Shown here piece by piece: positions 1-10,873 of a stretch of 64,000 bases of DNA. Origin of the DNA: Leptogorgia sarmentosa. Its lineage: Eukaryota. The notes below the pieces were generated by a model. That model saw only the letters and a list, made by a program, of their open reading frames with translations. It ran no database searches and was not told the DNA's origin. Location of the stretch: positions 10,788,001 to 10,852,000 of the forward strand of contig OZ210885.1 of NCBI GenBank assembly GCA_964658305.1, in the 5' to 3' direction. Each line of letters opens with the position of its first letter. Position 1 is the first letter of the stretch. Both the position numbers and the translations under genes were made by a program.

Positions 1-84
1 TTGCAGCCTAATACTTGTGCATCTGCTGAATAATGTTAAGTTTTACAATATCGACTAGTCATAATAAAAATTAATTCGATTCAG

Positions 85-460
85 TTACATATTTACACTA
101 GTTACAATTAATAAAATCATTCTTAAATCTGTTGGTCTTAAAAGAAGGAACTTGGAATATTCTTCTTCCTCGCAGGTTTGTTTCGCCGGAGGCAATAAGT
201 CATATAATTTATTATTAGGGTCACTGACAATGTTTTTAAAAAGTTTATTTGTTAAAAACTGTCTTCTTGCTGCCAGGGTAACTAGACCCATTCGGACCAT
301 GGCTTCCTTGTACCGATAATCTGGTAATATAATTTTACAAGCACGTTTCTGAAGTCTTTCAAGTTCATCAGATAAGTATGCTGAGAGGGAGTCGTGAAAA
401 ACTTCGCAGGCGTATTCGATGACTGGACGGATACAGGTTACGTAGAATAGAAATGTATAG
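85..460 (-). pseudogene. 3' fragment of a non-LTR (CR1/L2-group) reverse transcriptase, C-terminal region
   Basis: YVTCIRPVIEYACEVFH...LERLQKRACKII...LAARR motif typical of LINE RT C-termini; 5'-truncated. Confidence 0.75.
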
Positions 461-726
461 CAAATACTCAATTTCACCTTCCCAAATACTAAGAAGATGA
501 CGCAAAAACAACATAAACTCAGAACGTTCCATTGAAAATTCCTAATGGAATATATTAAAATCGTTCGATTTTAACTGCGATTGATTGAAAAAATTCCAAT
601 AAAATAATGTGTGCCTTTGTCACGTATTTGGATCAGGTCAGTTGTCAAGAGAAAATCAGAACGGGAAGTGGCATGTTGAAGGTAGCAAAGAATGAATGTG
701 GCAGGAAATTCCATGTTTTCATGCGC

Positions 727-849
727 GTCAGGATGGCGAACGGTCTAAGGCGCCAGACTCAAGTGCAAAAACTTGTGACGAGCAACCTTGACATAATAGG
801 GCGTTCTGGTCCACACATGTGGTCGTGGGTTCGAATCCCACTCCCGACA
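727..849 (+). tRNA. tRNA-Leu(CAA) with ~40-nt intron (764-803)
   Basis: GTCAGGATGG...CCAGACTCAAG[intron]TTCTGG...GGTTCGAATCCCACTCCCGACA; intron at canonical 37/38; D-arm has a small deletion so may be defective. Confidence 0.85.
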
Positions 850-989
850 ATAAATTTTAAAATATTGAGAGCATTTCTTTTCAAAGCTGATCTATTTACA
901 CAAATTCAATATCACCAAGAAAATTTTTCTGGTTTTTACTGAAAAATTCCAAAGAAAAAAATATCTCCCGTTAAAAAAGCTCATATGTA

Positions 990-1062
990 TGTTTCCGCCC
1001 AAGTTCGAACTGAGGACCTTGCGCGTGTTAAGCGCATGTGATAACCACTACACTACGGAAAC
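990..1062 (-). tRNA. tRNA-Val(AAC)
   Basis: Reverse complement GTTTCCGTAGTGTAGTGGTTATCACATGCGCTTAACACGCGCAAGGTCCTCAGTTCGAACTTGGGCGGAAACA. Confidence 0.9.
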
Positions 1063-1371
1063 TGACCTATGCGCAAAATAATTCAGTTTAATTCGATAAT
1101 TATTGTTCGAAATTTGTAGTGCCATTCGTGGTTTTAAGTTACAACTTTCACACAGGAAGTCAATAAGCGAGGAACTTGTAACAGGAAGTGAGGAACTTCT
1201 AACAGACTTATCGACTCTGGGAGTAATCGTTTGTCAAAGATAGAAAACCAGGACATTATCTGAATTTTAATCTTTTTGCAATATGAACTGAATTAGTGAA
1301 GAATAGCAAAGATAAATTGGGTAATAAAATTGAACGGCAAGCTTCTGAAATCAACACGGAGTTGTCAACGT

Positions 1372-1456
1372 GCCTCATTAGCTCAGAGGTTAGAGCACTG
1401 GTCTAGTAAAACAGCTAGTAAACCAGGTGTCCTGAGTTCAAATCTCTGATGAGGCT
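1372..1456 (+). tRNA. tRNA-Thr(AGT) with 12-nt insertion in the anticodon loop
   Basis: GCCTCATTAGCTCAG...CTGGT-CT-AGT-A[AAACAGCTAGTA]A-ACCAG...GTTCAAATC...ATGAGGCT. Confidence 0.8.
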
Positions 1457-2360
1457 CAATTTTTCTCGATTTCTTCGAAGCACGGTGAAGACAATTGCCA
1501 CGAATATGTTGCATGAGTTATATCCAAGATGTGGACACTGATCAAATAAAAAACCTAATCAAAGAGCCTTATGTACGATAAAGCATCTTAGAAGGTTTCA
1601 CCTGCATGTCGCCTCATTAGTTCAGGGGTATAGAGAATTGTCGAATTTAAAATACGTAATAATAAGCATTTATAACTGGATTGGCGTTCATATCATTTTG
1701 TGGGGAAAATATTTAATGGAAGGACGTTATATTGAGCAGTGGTTTGACGTTTAAGTTTAATATAGACGTGTCATAATCTATGACGCAACGACGAGAGCAC
1801 ATGTTTAGAAGAGTGCGCTTCGATTGCTAGTAGGAACATTTAGTTCAGTGTATTGGGTTTGTATTTGTGCTAACCACGCAGGGCTGTATATAAGTTTATG
1901 CTAACCGGGAGAACGTTCATTGTTTAGTTGAATTTGTAACAGAAGTGAGTACGCTTATATCTTATATCTATGGTCATAAATCTATTAATTTGCATGCGTA
2001 TATTATAATTAACTTACATTGTATTTACATATTTAGATCGAATAAAAACTACTATATACGATTAATAAATCCAACGCCTGCGGTCTAAAGTTCTGGCGAA
2101 CCAAAACCCAAGCGGTAAACCTGACCCTAACCTTATAACAGTCTAACCCTAAACACTATGAAGCGAGGAAAAATGTCTTCATTTAAAAAGTTTTTGAAAA
2201 AAATAAACAAGTCTTAAAATGCAGCAAAAAGGCCTAAAAGAGCCGCAACGTCGTGTGTAGCAATTTAAACTCGTCAGCAACTCCCAATTCACAAAATCAG
2301 GAGAAAACCGCAAATTCCTGTCTTTATTTCACGATTTCTCTTCTCTTGTAAAAGTCTTTT

Positions 2361-3821
2361 TTGCATGTAGAAACCTATAATAAGAGAAAGCGGACAACTT
2401 TACTCCAACGCTTGAACTGGGAAGAACTTTCAGCTCCGTCCAGGAAAATTGAGAAAAACGTACACGTCTTTGAAAAACGAATCAATGTTACTGCAGTTTG
2501 TGCTTCATATAAAGTAACTGGCTTGATAGAGAAAGAGATTCCGTGCGTGACAGTGTTTGTGCTTGGCAAAGGAAAAATTCCCGCAGGAGAAACCGACTTT
2601 AATGGATTCAGAGGTAACTATGGAGGACTTTTTGGCAATGCCGAGTTTGACGTTGTTGAAGGGTATTTTAAACTGGCAACTTCCGCTAAACCCGTTGACG
2701 CGTCTTACGCTTTACGGTTGCGTGGCGGTGTCGGGATTGGCGTGCGCGGATGTGATCGCGCTGGAACTTTGGGTGGATTTTTGGAAGACAAAGACGGAAA
2801 ACGCTATATTTTATCAAATGAGCATGTGCTTAATCCTCTCACAAGAACTGATGGCACCAACAAGGCGGTACATGTTGCAAGCACTTCAGAACCATTGTTA
2901 GAAGACGTAGATGATATCTGTTACAATCTTTCAAATCGTCATAACAACGTTGTCGATATGGATTGGCAAGGGACTGAAAATATTATCGAGCAGCCAGCCC
3001 AATCGGATTATGATGTTATGAGAGAGGAAGCTAAAAAAGAATTAGATGAGTACAAGGAGGAGGAAGAAGAATTTAAAAAAGAATTATTGGCGAGCAGACA
3101 AAAAGGAATGACTGACCCAATACTGGTTGATCTCATGCAGGAATGCCTATACCGGTATATGGAGAAGTTGAAAGCCAGAAAAACCCAAGAGAATCGTTGT
3201 CCTGTATATGAATTTGAACGTAAAGATGGTTTTAGCCCCACTGGCGAAATTGTGAATCTGGAAACATTTCGTAAAGAAGAAGCGATATATGCGAAGTTTG
3301 GTCGAACGTCCGGCTTTACCGATAAAGGTTTCGTTGAAGACACAGTGCAAGAATTGTTTCAGCACTTTCCGTCTCCTCCACCACCCCCCGGTTCCAAGTA
3401 CCGCGGTTCTCCATTTATCCACGTTCAACAGCTGTACTGTGAGAACTGTAAAAAGTGGTATCTTGACGAAAGGGCATCAACTGAAATTTCCAAAGAAGAC
3501 CTCAGTGAACGTTTATGCACAAACTGTCGCAAACCTTTGAAACCTCAAAATGAAAATGACGTCGAAGATGATGTCAAAGGTTGCATTTTGTCCTACTGGG
3601 CCCTTAATTGCTTTGTCATTCGAAAAAATAAAGAACCGTTCGTTAAAAAAGGCGATTCGGGTGCCATAGTGTTTGGGAATAAAGGTCTGGCTTGGGGCCT
3701 GGTGTTTGGTATGTTCACACATCCATTGAAAAACACCGATTACTGCTTAGCTTCACCTCTTTTTGTAGCTTTGAAAGCTCTGGAACAGGAATTGGACATA
3801 AAGGGACTTAAACTTTGGTGA
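2361..3821 (+). CDS. Intronless trypsin-like (PA clan, Nal1/Ssy5-like) serine protease with inserted coiled coil and CxxC-CxxC motif; true start uncertain
   Basis: GTLGGF...YILSNEHVL (His), KFGRTSGFT, KGDSGAIV...GLVFG (Ser); ORF starts at TTG; no obvious catalytic Asp motif. Confidence 0.75.
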   Translation: MHVETYNKRKRTTLLQRLNWEELSAPSRKIEKNVHVFEKRINVTAVCASYKVTGLIEKEIPCVTVFVLGKGKIPAGETDFNGFRGNYGGLFGNAEFDVVEGYFKLATSAKPVDASYALRLRGGVGIGVRGCDRAGTLGGFLEDKDGKRYILSNEHVLNPLTRTDGTNKAVHVASTSEPLLEDVDDICYNLSNRHNNVVDMDWQGTENIIEQPAQSDYDVMREEAKKELDEYKEEEEEFKKELLASRQKGMTDPILVDLMQECLYRYMEKLKARKTQENRCPVYEFERKDGFSPTGEIVNLETFRKEEAIYAKFGRTSGFTDKGFVEDTVQELFQHFPSPPPPPGSKYRGSPFIHVQQLYCENCKKWYLDERASTEISKEDLSERLCTNCRKPLKPQNENDVEDDVKGCILSYWALNCFVIRKNKEPFVKKGDSGAIVFGNKGLAWGLVFGMFTHPLKNTDYCLASPLFVALKALEQELDIKGLKLW

Positions 3822-5355
3822 ATATGAAATTAATGGGTCATTTAATGGTTTTCTTCAATGGTTGGGTGGGGCGGAGGGGGAGAGGGGGGGGGCTTGTCGG
3901 GCGTATCCACAAGATTTGACAAGTGTCCTGGGTGTGAGATCAATTATATTTGGCTTGAGAGACGGGGTAAATTTATCCCTGTTTCCTTATTTCGAAGCGG
4001 CATTGGTAAACGGTTTCTTTCCGTAAAAATTGATGTACTCCGATAAAATTACTGCTCTTATAACCAATCCAAAAAAGTTGTCCTCCAAAAATCCTAAACC
4101 GTTAAATTTAGCCGCCCAATGCGTTTTGATTATTTGGAGCTCTTGGCGAACACAGTATTTAAGAAAACTAGCCAGTCTATATGCAGGGTATATAAAAAGG
4201 TGAACAGTTTTGAAATGGGTCCCAACTTTGCAAAACGTTCCTGGTTTGTTTCAAAGCCTATGGGTTTATGATTCATCTCTTTTGCTACACAGGCGAAATG
4301 GTGTGACACGTAATTTGCTTAAGTGTAAGCCCTTCGAAAAGTCGGGCAAATTAGTAGTTTCCAAATAAGTAGCTTTTTGCATGCCTATATCTACGCCAAA
4401 AATCTTTTGCAAACTGCATTACCCAAATCAAGTAATTCAGGTAATTCAAGGATTCCAAGTGTTTATATATCTTTTCAGGTGTGTGAAGCCACAGGGAAAA
4501 AATGCCGGAGAATGTGACCAAAGATCAAGCTGTGACACCTGCGGAGAGTGAGACCAAAAATCAAGATGAAAAGAAGCAAGCGAGTTGACACGGGTTGAAG
4601 TAAATTTGTCTCCCTTTAATTTCCCGCCATTTATTGTTGAACAGAGCGCATAGCTGATCAATTCAATTTTGAAAATATACGTTAACGTAGTCAATAAAAG
4701 TAATCAAGACAATAGTCAAGTCAAAAAAACAACAAAACATAATCAACATTTTAGAATTTAATTAAGTAAAATATTAGTACTAATGTCGACGTGTTCCAAA
4801 CGTTCTGGAGCATTACTTGGAGACTCACCGTTATAAATTGATAATTATGTATTTAGCGTTTATCGCGCCATGCGACCAGGCTGAAATTGGCCATTTTTGT
4901 GTGGCAATATGGTTGAATTAGGTCAATTTTGTTTTATAAAAACAACATTCAAACAAAATTTTGAAATTTCGCCAAGAAAATACGCGATGAAAAATTTGTA
5001 TAGGAAATTACACGGTTCGAGAAGTATTAATGAAAAATTGCACGCGTGTTTAGCGAAATACCGCGAGTTCGAAAATACTTCGAGAACAAATGTAATTTCA
5101 TTTTAATATCAAACAAATCAAAATTAATGGTGGCTCGAAACCGTGGTATTTGAAAAATTAATTACACACCTGTGTAAGTTGTTGAAGCTTTTTAGCCAAT
5201 CAGCGTCCAGGAAATTGACTAGAATGATATTAGGAGAATAATTACGAGAATTCGGTTGAGAAATTTCGCAATTTAACTCAAATTTTTAACACCTATGACG
5301 TAACTAAGTAACAAACAATTGCTGAAAAGCGATTGCATCTTTTGGTAACAAATAA

Positions 5356-6533
5356 TTGCATCTTTTGATAACAAATAATCGACAAAAACAATGGCGGATT
5401 TTAAGGTCTGGTTGCATGGGGTTAAGGCCAATTTACACTGACATATCGCAACATCCGATCTTGCAAATGTTCCTGGGGCATTTGGTCTCGTTTGAGGGCA
5501 AGAACAGGAAGAAATCAGATGCCAGAGAACACATCAGGAGGGTCTGTCGCCTTCTATATGAGGTCGACTCGGAAGGAAAGGATGTCAAGCTGGTCTCCCT
5601 GGACACAATACGCAACAATTTCTTCCGAGGGAACGACCTCTTACCAAAACCGAGAAAGGCGCAGACCCTCAAAACGTATGTGGTATCATTTAAACTTTTT
5701 CTGAACTTCATGTTGAGTAGGGTGGAGGGGATAACAAGAATCGACAGCAGCGTGTCAAGCCATGAACTCGAACTCGTGCAAGCCGCCCTCACACGCATCA
5801 AACATTGGACTGGCTCATTAACACCAGCGCTGACTCGCCGTCGGGCGGAGGTCAGACAAGGGACCAAGAGCGTCTTCTTGGTCCTGACGACTTCGCCCGA
5901 ATGTTGGCGAGTCCAATGAGCCTGTCCGTTCGCCGACGTTATCAAGAACTCGAGGAAGACGAGCCCGTTGCTTTAATCGATTTTGCCCAGATGAGAGATT
6001 ACCTAATGCTCCGGCTCTTGGTCGCAAGCGGTCAGCGAGCTGGGGCACTCGCCAACCGCACGGTGGCGGAGTTCGAGGCCGGCACACGGACACGTGAGCT
6101 GTACGTCACGCAAACGACACAATACAAGACGGGCTCCTCGGCAGGACCAGCCAAGTTATTCTGGAACGAAGAGATTAAGAACATGGGCCAGAAGGTACCT
6201 GACACAATCGAGGCCCCACGCGAATAGCGACTCAGTGACAGAAGGCAAGCCGGGTATACCGTCCGAACCTATCTTTTTCGTAAACGCTTCGGAACAGCGT
6301 TTGACATAAACCGGGGTCTCCCAGCGAATACAGGTGATGGACAAAGGATGGGCGTGGACGTCCACGGAGCTGGCCTCCGGAAATCTCTCATAAGCAAACA
6401 GAGGACAATGGGGCCTTCGTCAGCTGTCAGCGATGAGCAGCTGGCGAAACAGATGTCCCATTCTGTGACGACGTCAGACAAATACTACAATGTGGCAGGG
6501 ACGGGGAAGACGTGCGAGTGGCAAAGTTTTTAA
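5356..6533 (+). pseudogene. Frameshifted tyrosine recombinase of a mobile element
   Basis: Across frames: LLVASGQRAG (R), YKT (K), LRKS (R), MSHS..TSDKYY (H, Y); several frameshifts and stops. Confidence 0.75.
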
Positions 6534-7138
6534 GTGACATAACCACTGGGGAGGAGGTTAGTTACTACCTGACATAAATAAGTTTAAGTTGTTCCTAATT
6601 CTTTTTTTATTTATTTACCTGACAGCAAGAGCAAGAAGGAGAAGCGTCCGGGGAGGAAGAGAGAATGCAGGAACCGCCACAAAGAAGAAAGTTGGTTTCT
6701 CCCACGAAAGATGTCGTTGTTCCTAATTCTTTTTTTATAGCACATTCCACAAGTGTCTCATCTAACAAAGTAGGTTCGTGCGTTTGTTATTACTGAATCC
6801 ATTGTGATTACAGTCGCTTTGGAACTTATCAATAAAGATTTACTAAGAGAAATACAACAAGACTGGCATTCCTTTTTTGTTGCTAAATATCGAGCAGGAA
6901 TTGATTTTGACTGATCAGAATTTGCTGATAAGGGGGATTTTCTTATGTTCTTTAGATATTCACACATGTTTGCAACAGTACCTTCATCAATGGAGGATAA
7001 AAGAGTTTTATGTTCTCATACATTCGTTCTGGTTCTGATGGTATTTCATGGTCCAACATTTCCAGCTCATGCCACCATTGCCGTCAACAAGACTAAATAG
7101 CCTCATGTACACAACCGAGTTTTACTACATTCGTCTCA

Positions 7139-7375
7139 TAAAGGTTGGAAGTTTTGAGTATTTTGTCTTATAATTAAGGTTGGAAGTTTTGAGTATTTTT
7201 TACACGTTTGAATCGGAGCATTCTTTCCGTATTATTATAGTAATTTCGACTTAGTCGATCATCACACTAGTCAATAATCGCCGAGTTGCAAAAATTGAAC
7301 GTACGCTCAGCTATAGTAAGATGGATTAGAGCCTTCCTCACGTTCGTATCCGCGTAAGTATCCTAATGTAAGCAT
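7139..7375 (+). repeat. ~230-bp dispersed repeat; other copies 12533-12760(+), 25759-25930(-), 29320-29545(-), 37944-38170(-)
   Basis: Shared core AATCGCCGAGTTGCAAAAATTGAACGTACGCTCAGCTATAGTAAGATGGATTAGAGCCTTCCTCACG (25759 copy partial). Confidence 0.9.
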
Positions 7376-8212
7376 TCTAATCCATTCGTACTGGAGTACA
7401 TGAAAATGAAAATATGAATGGATCGAATTGACTTGGTCAAAACTTCTTTTTCTTTTTAGGATTAATGTCGAATCGTTCTCCATTGTTTTTATTTTACGAC
7501 TGTGTAAATCTATTTTTAGGCTGAGATTGAATGCAAGCGTCTAGCGGCTAAACTTGTTGAGCTGCAGGGGGAAAATGAGGTATGAATTACAATTTTTAAG
7601 TTCTGGTCAAACAGAACGATGACAGAATTTGACAGGAGAAAGTAAAATAATTAAGGCAATGCTTGTGTTTCACGCAAATTATGCGTGATTTGATACGATA
7701 CTTTGTTTTAGAATCACTATGTTGTGCAATCTTCATGTAGCACGTTTGTATGTCCTGCCATTTTAGCGTCTGAAAGAAGAAAGACATTTTCGGAGAGAGA
7801 GAAACGAGCAAAGTATTAACAGGCAGATCATCACTGCTTGATGGCTCAGATAATGGTAGATTGCTCATGGCGGATTTACCGCCTGAGGCAAGGTTAGTTC
7901 AGTAAACAAAGATTTCGGAAAAATATCCCATCTGATCGGTACGATGAAAGGCACGCTAAAGTGTTTTTCCTTATTTCAAGAACTATCGTCGAAGGTGAAG
8001 AATCTGAGCAGGTAAATATATAATATAATTTCAAGCATTGATTACTGCCTGATAGTTATATGAGCTTCCTTTACAAGTAAAGCGTGTCGGCACTGACACA
8101 TTTGTACATGTTTGGACTGCCCGCGGACCCGCGGTGTCATTGTGATCACGGAATATTTAATTAACTGAATAATTAACTGAAGGAATTAGTATTTGCCTTA
8201 TTCGCTTATTCC

Positions 8213-10250
8213 CTATAGCAGTAAACCATTTTATTATATGAGTATAGAATTTTATACGCGATAAAGTCGTCGAATAAAAATCATATGTCTAAAATTTCCG
8301 AGGATCTCATTGGACGTACGGAATTCGCCACTAGTGAAAAACGTCGTATAAGCCTTCTCATTGGACGTACGGAATTCGTCACTAGTGAAAAATTTGATAT
8401 TAAGTTTTGTCGGCCATTAAAGAAAAAAACAACAATCAGTTTTGTAGACGTCTGTTTGACTTTTCGTTTGAAATGGCTTCACATGCACGTTTCGCAGAGA
8501 CACCATCCGTAAGCGAATTCATTGAACAACAGGAGAATAATAATACAAGATTAAAAACCCTGCGGGACATTACACTTCTTCAAGAATTTTTATCGTCGAA
8601 AAATGAATTGCGAAGGATCGAGGAAATTTCCGTAGAGCAACTTAACGAGTACCTGAGCGAATTTATTATTTCTGTTCGAAAAAAACAAGACAACGGAGAA
8701 TATGAACCTAGTTCCCTTCGTTCTATGTTTGCCAGCTTTGAGAGGTACTTGAAGAAAAAGAACGGCCTTAGTATCATGATGGATACGGGCTTTGAACGTG
8801 CCCGAAAAGCTTTGCAATCAAAACAAAAAGAGCTCAAGCAAAAAGGAAAAGGGAACCGAACAAACCGAACGCCTGTGTTGCTCTTAGCGAAGACGAAGTC
8901 AAGCTGCTTTACGAGAAAGAACTTTTGGGAATTTCGAGTCGCGAAGCGTTGCTAAATACCGTTTGGTTCAACAATACTATTCACTTTGGCCTTCGTGGTT
9001 GCAAAGAACACCGAGATATGTGCTGGGGCGACGTAAAACTACGCAAGAACGCGAATGGAAACGAATATTTGGAGTATTTTGAGCGACAAACGAAAACACG
9101 TACAGGAGAAAACCCAAGAGATGTTAGAAAAGTAACGCCAAAGATGTATGCTATCCCCACAAATCCGCCGGAAAAAGATCCCGTCTTTGTTTACAAAGTC
9201 TACGCAGAAAAACGTCCGAATGAAGTGAATACAGACGAAGCACCGTTTTACCTGGCCGTAAACCACTGCAAAAGGGTTTCATCTGATAAGTCTTGGTTCA
9301 AAAAAAATGCTCTTGGTGTGAACAAACTAAACTCGCTTATGAAAACAATGGCTGAGAAAGCTGGCCTTGGTCCAAACATTAGCAATCATAGCGGGCGAAA
9401 AACGATGATGCAAACTTTGACCAACAACGATATTCCTCCCACAGACATAGTTCAACTTTCTGGGCATAAGAATTTGCAAAGCGTCACGAATTATTCAACT
9501 GTAACCCAGAACCAGCAAAAGAGAATGTCCCAAGCCTTAGCGAATTTGGCGACTGGCGAAAAGTCCTCGTCGGAGTCCTCCACTTGCACTTCGAGTATTA
9601 AGTCAACCCCGGAAATCGAACAACAACAACAACAACATGCAATGGCTTTGTTCTCCGGCGCGGTAATTCAAGGAGGTCAAATAAGCATTTCGATAAACAC
9701 ATTAAATCAATCTCCAGTGGCAGTGACAGAAAATGTGTCCCCACAACAGTACAAACGAATAAGATTAATTGACTCTGATTCAGACTAAATGTTATTGACG
9801 TATAGATTCCGACTGAGGTCTAGTTTATTTTAAAACTTGAGTCACATTTCGTTCTTAATACGTTACTTATTACTTGTAAATTATTCGTATTTAAATTTGA
9901 CTCGAGGTACAGTAACTGTTTATCAAGTTTTTGAGCTTTGTAAAATTTCAACGACATTTTTAAAGCGAAATCGTTTCGTTGTCGTAGCTATTTTTGTATG
10001 TTTTAATACATATTTTTGAAACGTTTGGTTTGAATTGTGTCTTTCACCATTCAGCACTTAAATTTCTCTCTACAATATAATTATAACTCATATAATAAAC
10101 AAATTACTTCATGTTTGACTCGTTTGTACGATTTTTATTCACTCGTTGTGAAAGATTAAACTCACTCGTTCGCTGCGCTCACTCGTTCGATCTTTCACAA
10201 CTCGTGAATAAAAATCGTACGCACTCGTCAACCATGAAGTAATCTCTATA
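8213..10250 (+). mobile_element. CryptonA-type tyrosine-recombinase DNA transposon
   Basis: YR ORF; short inverted repeat TTTATTATATGAGT (~8230) / ACTCATATAATAAA (10086-10099); 3' hairpin 10103-10243; CTATA at both putative ends. Confidence 0.8.
8472..9788 (+). pseudogene. Crypton YR (DUF3504; QRICH1/ZMYM/KIAA1958-like), one frameshift near 8860
   Basis: YEPSSLRSM..SFERYL; HFGLRG..EH; ERQTKTRTG; NHSGRKT; SGHKN..SVTNY. The frameshift lies at an AACCGAAC duplication. Confidence 0.85.
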
Positions 10251-10873
10251 CATACATGCAAGATCGTGTATTAGGGACAGATAAGTTGCGTTAATGTTGC
10301 GAGTGTCAAAATACGTCAAAATGAAATCGTGCCATTTGCTTGTTCCAGGACCAGTTCCTGGTCCAATAGTACAATCGTACTTGTTATGGCGGTCACGCCT
10401 GCATTGCATCGTCATTAAAATCACGCGGTAAATCCCATACACTCGCAAAAATTGATCTTTCGTTGATTTATATTATTTGAGTCTCAACAGGTGAACGATG
10501 TGGATGATCGGAATGATGATGGGAATATGTAAGTAAAATTTTTATTGATGATGCGTTGATTTTTTTTCCATATAAATAGAGACATTGCGTGATGAAAGTT
10601 TGCGAGTATATTTTCCAGCCATATACTGTGTCTCCCTGTATTTCTGCCAGGTTAGGGGTGATAATACCAGATGTAGTACTTACTACATGACAGGGATAAT
10701 AGTGACCTTAAGCATGTACGTAGGACATGCAAGAACGTGAACTGATGAAAACGACAAACGTTTGCGAGGGGTGGGCTGGGGAGGTTGTTGTGGCGTTGTA
10801 CCGGGTGGCGCAGAAAAAAGTTTAATTTCCGTGTAAAAAAGTTGTTGATAGATTAAATGAGGTTAAAGACAAA

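Larger units (their letters stand above)
618..1543. repeat. Leu-Val-Thr tRNA block; inverted copy at 20833-21750
   Basis: The three tRNAs and their spacers align in reverse complement. Confidence 0.9.

Noticed and set aside
607..942. Short ORFs overlapping tRNAs, MITEs and antisense strands throughout the window
   Set aside because: They are incidental translations of tRNA or repeat sequence with no protein motifs.
2100..2155. CCCTAA-like telomeric motifs
   Set aside because: Only two or three degenerate units; no array or template context.
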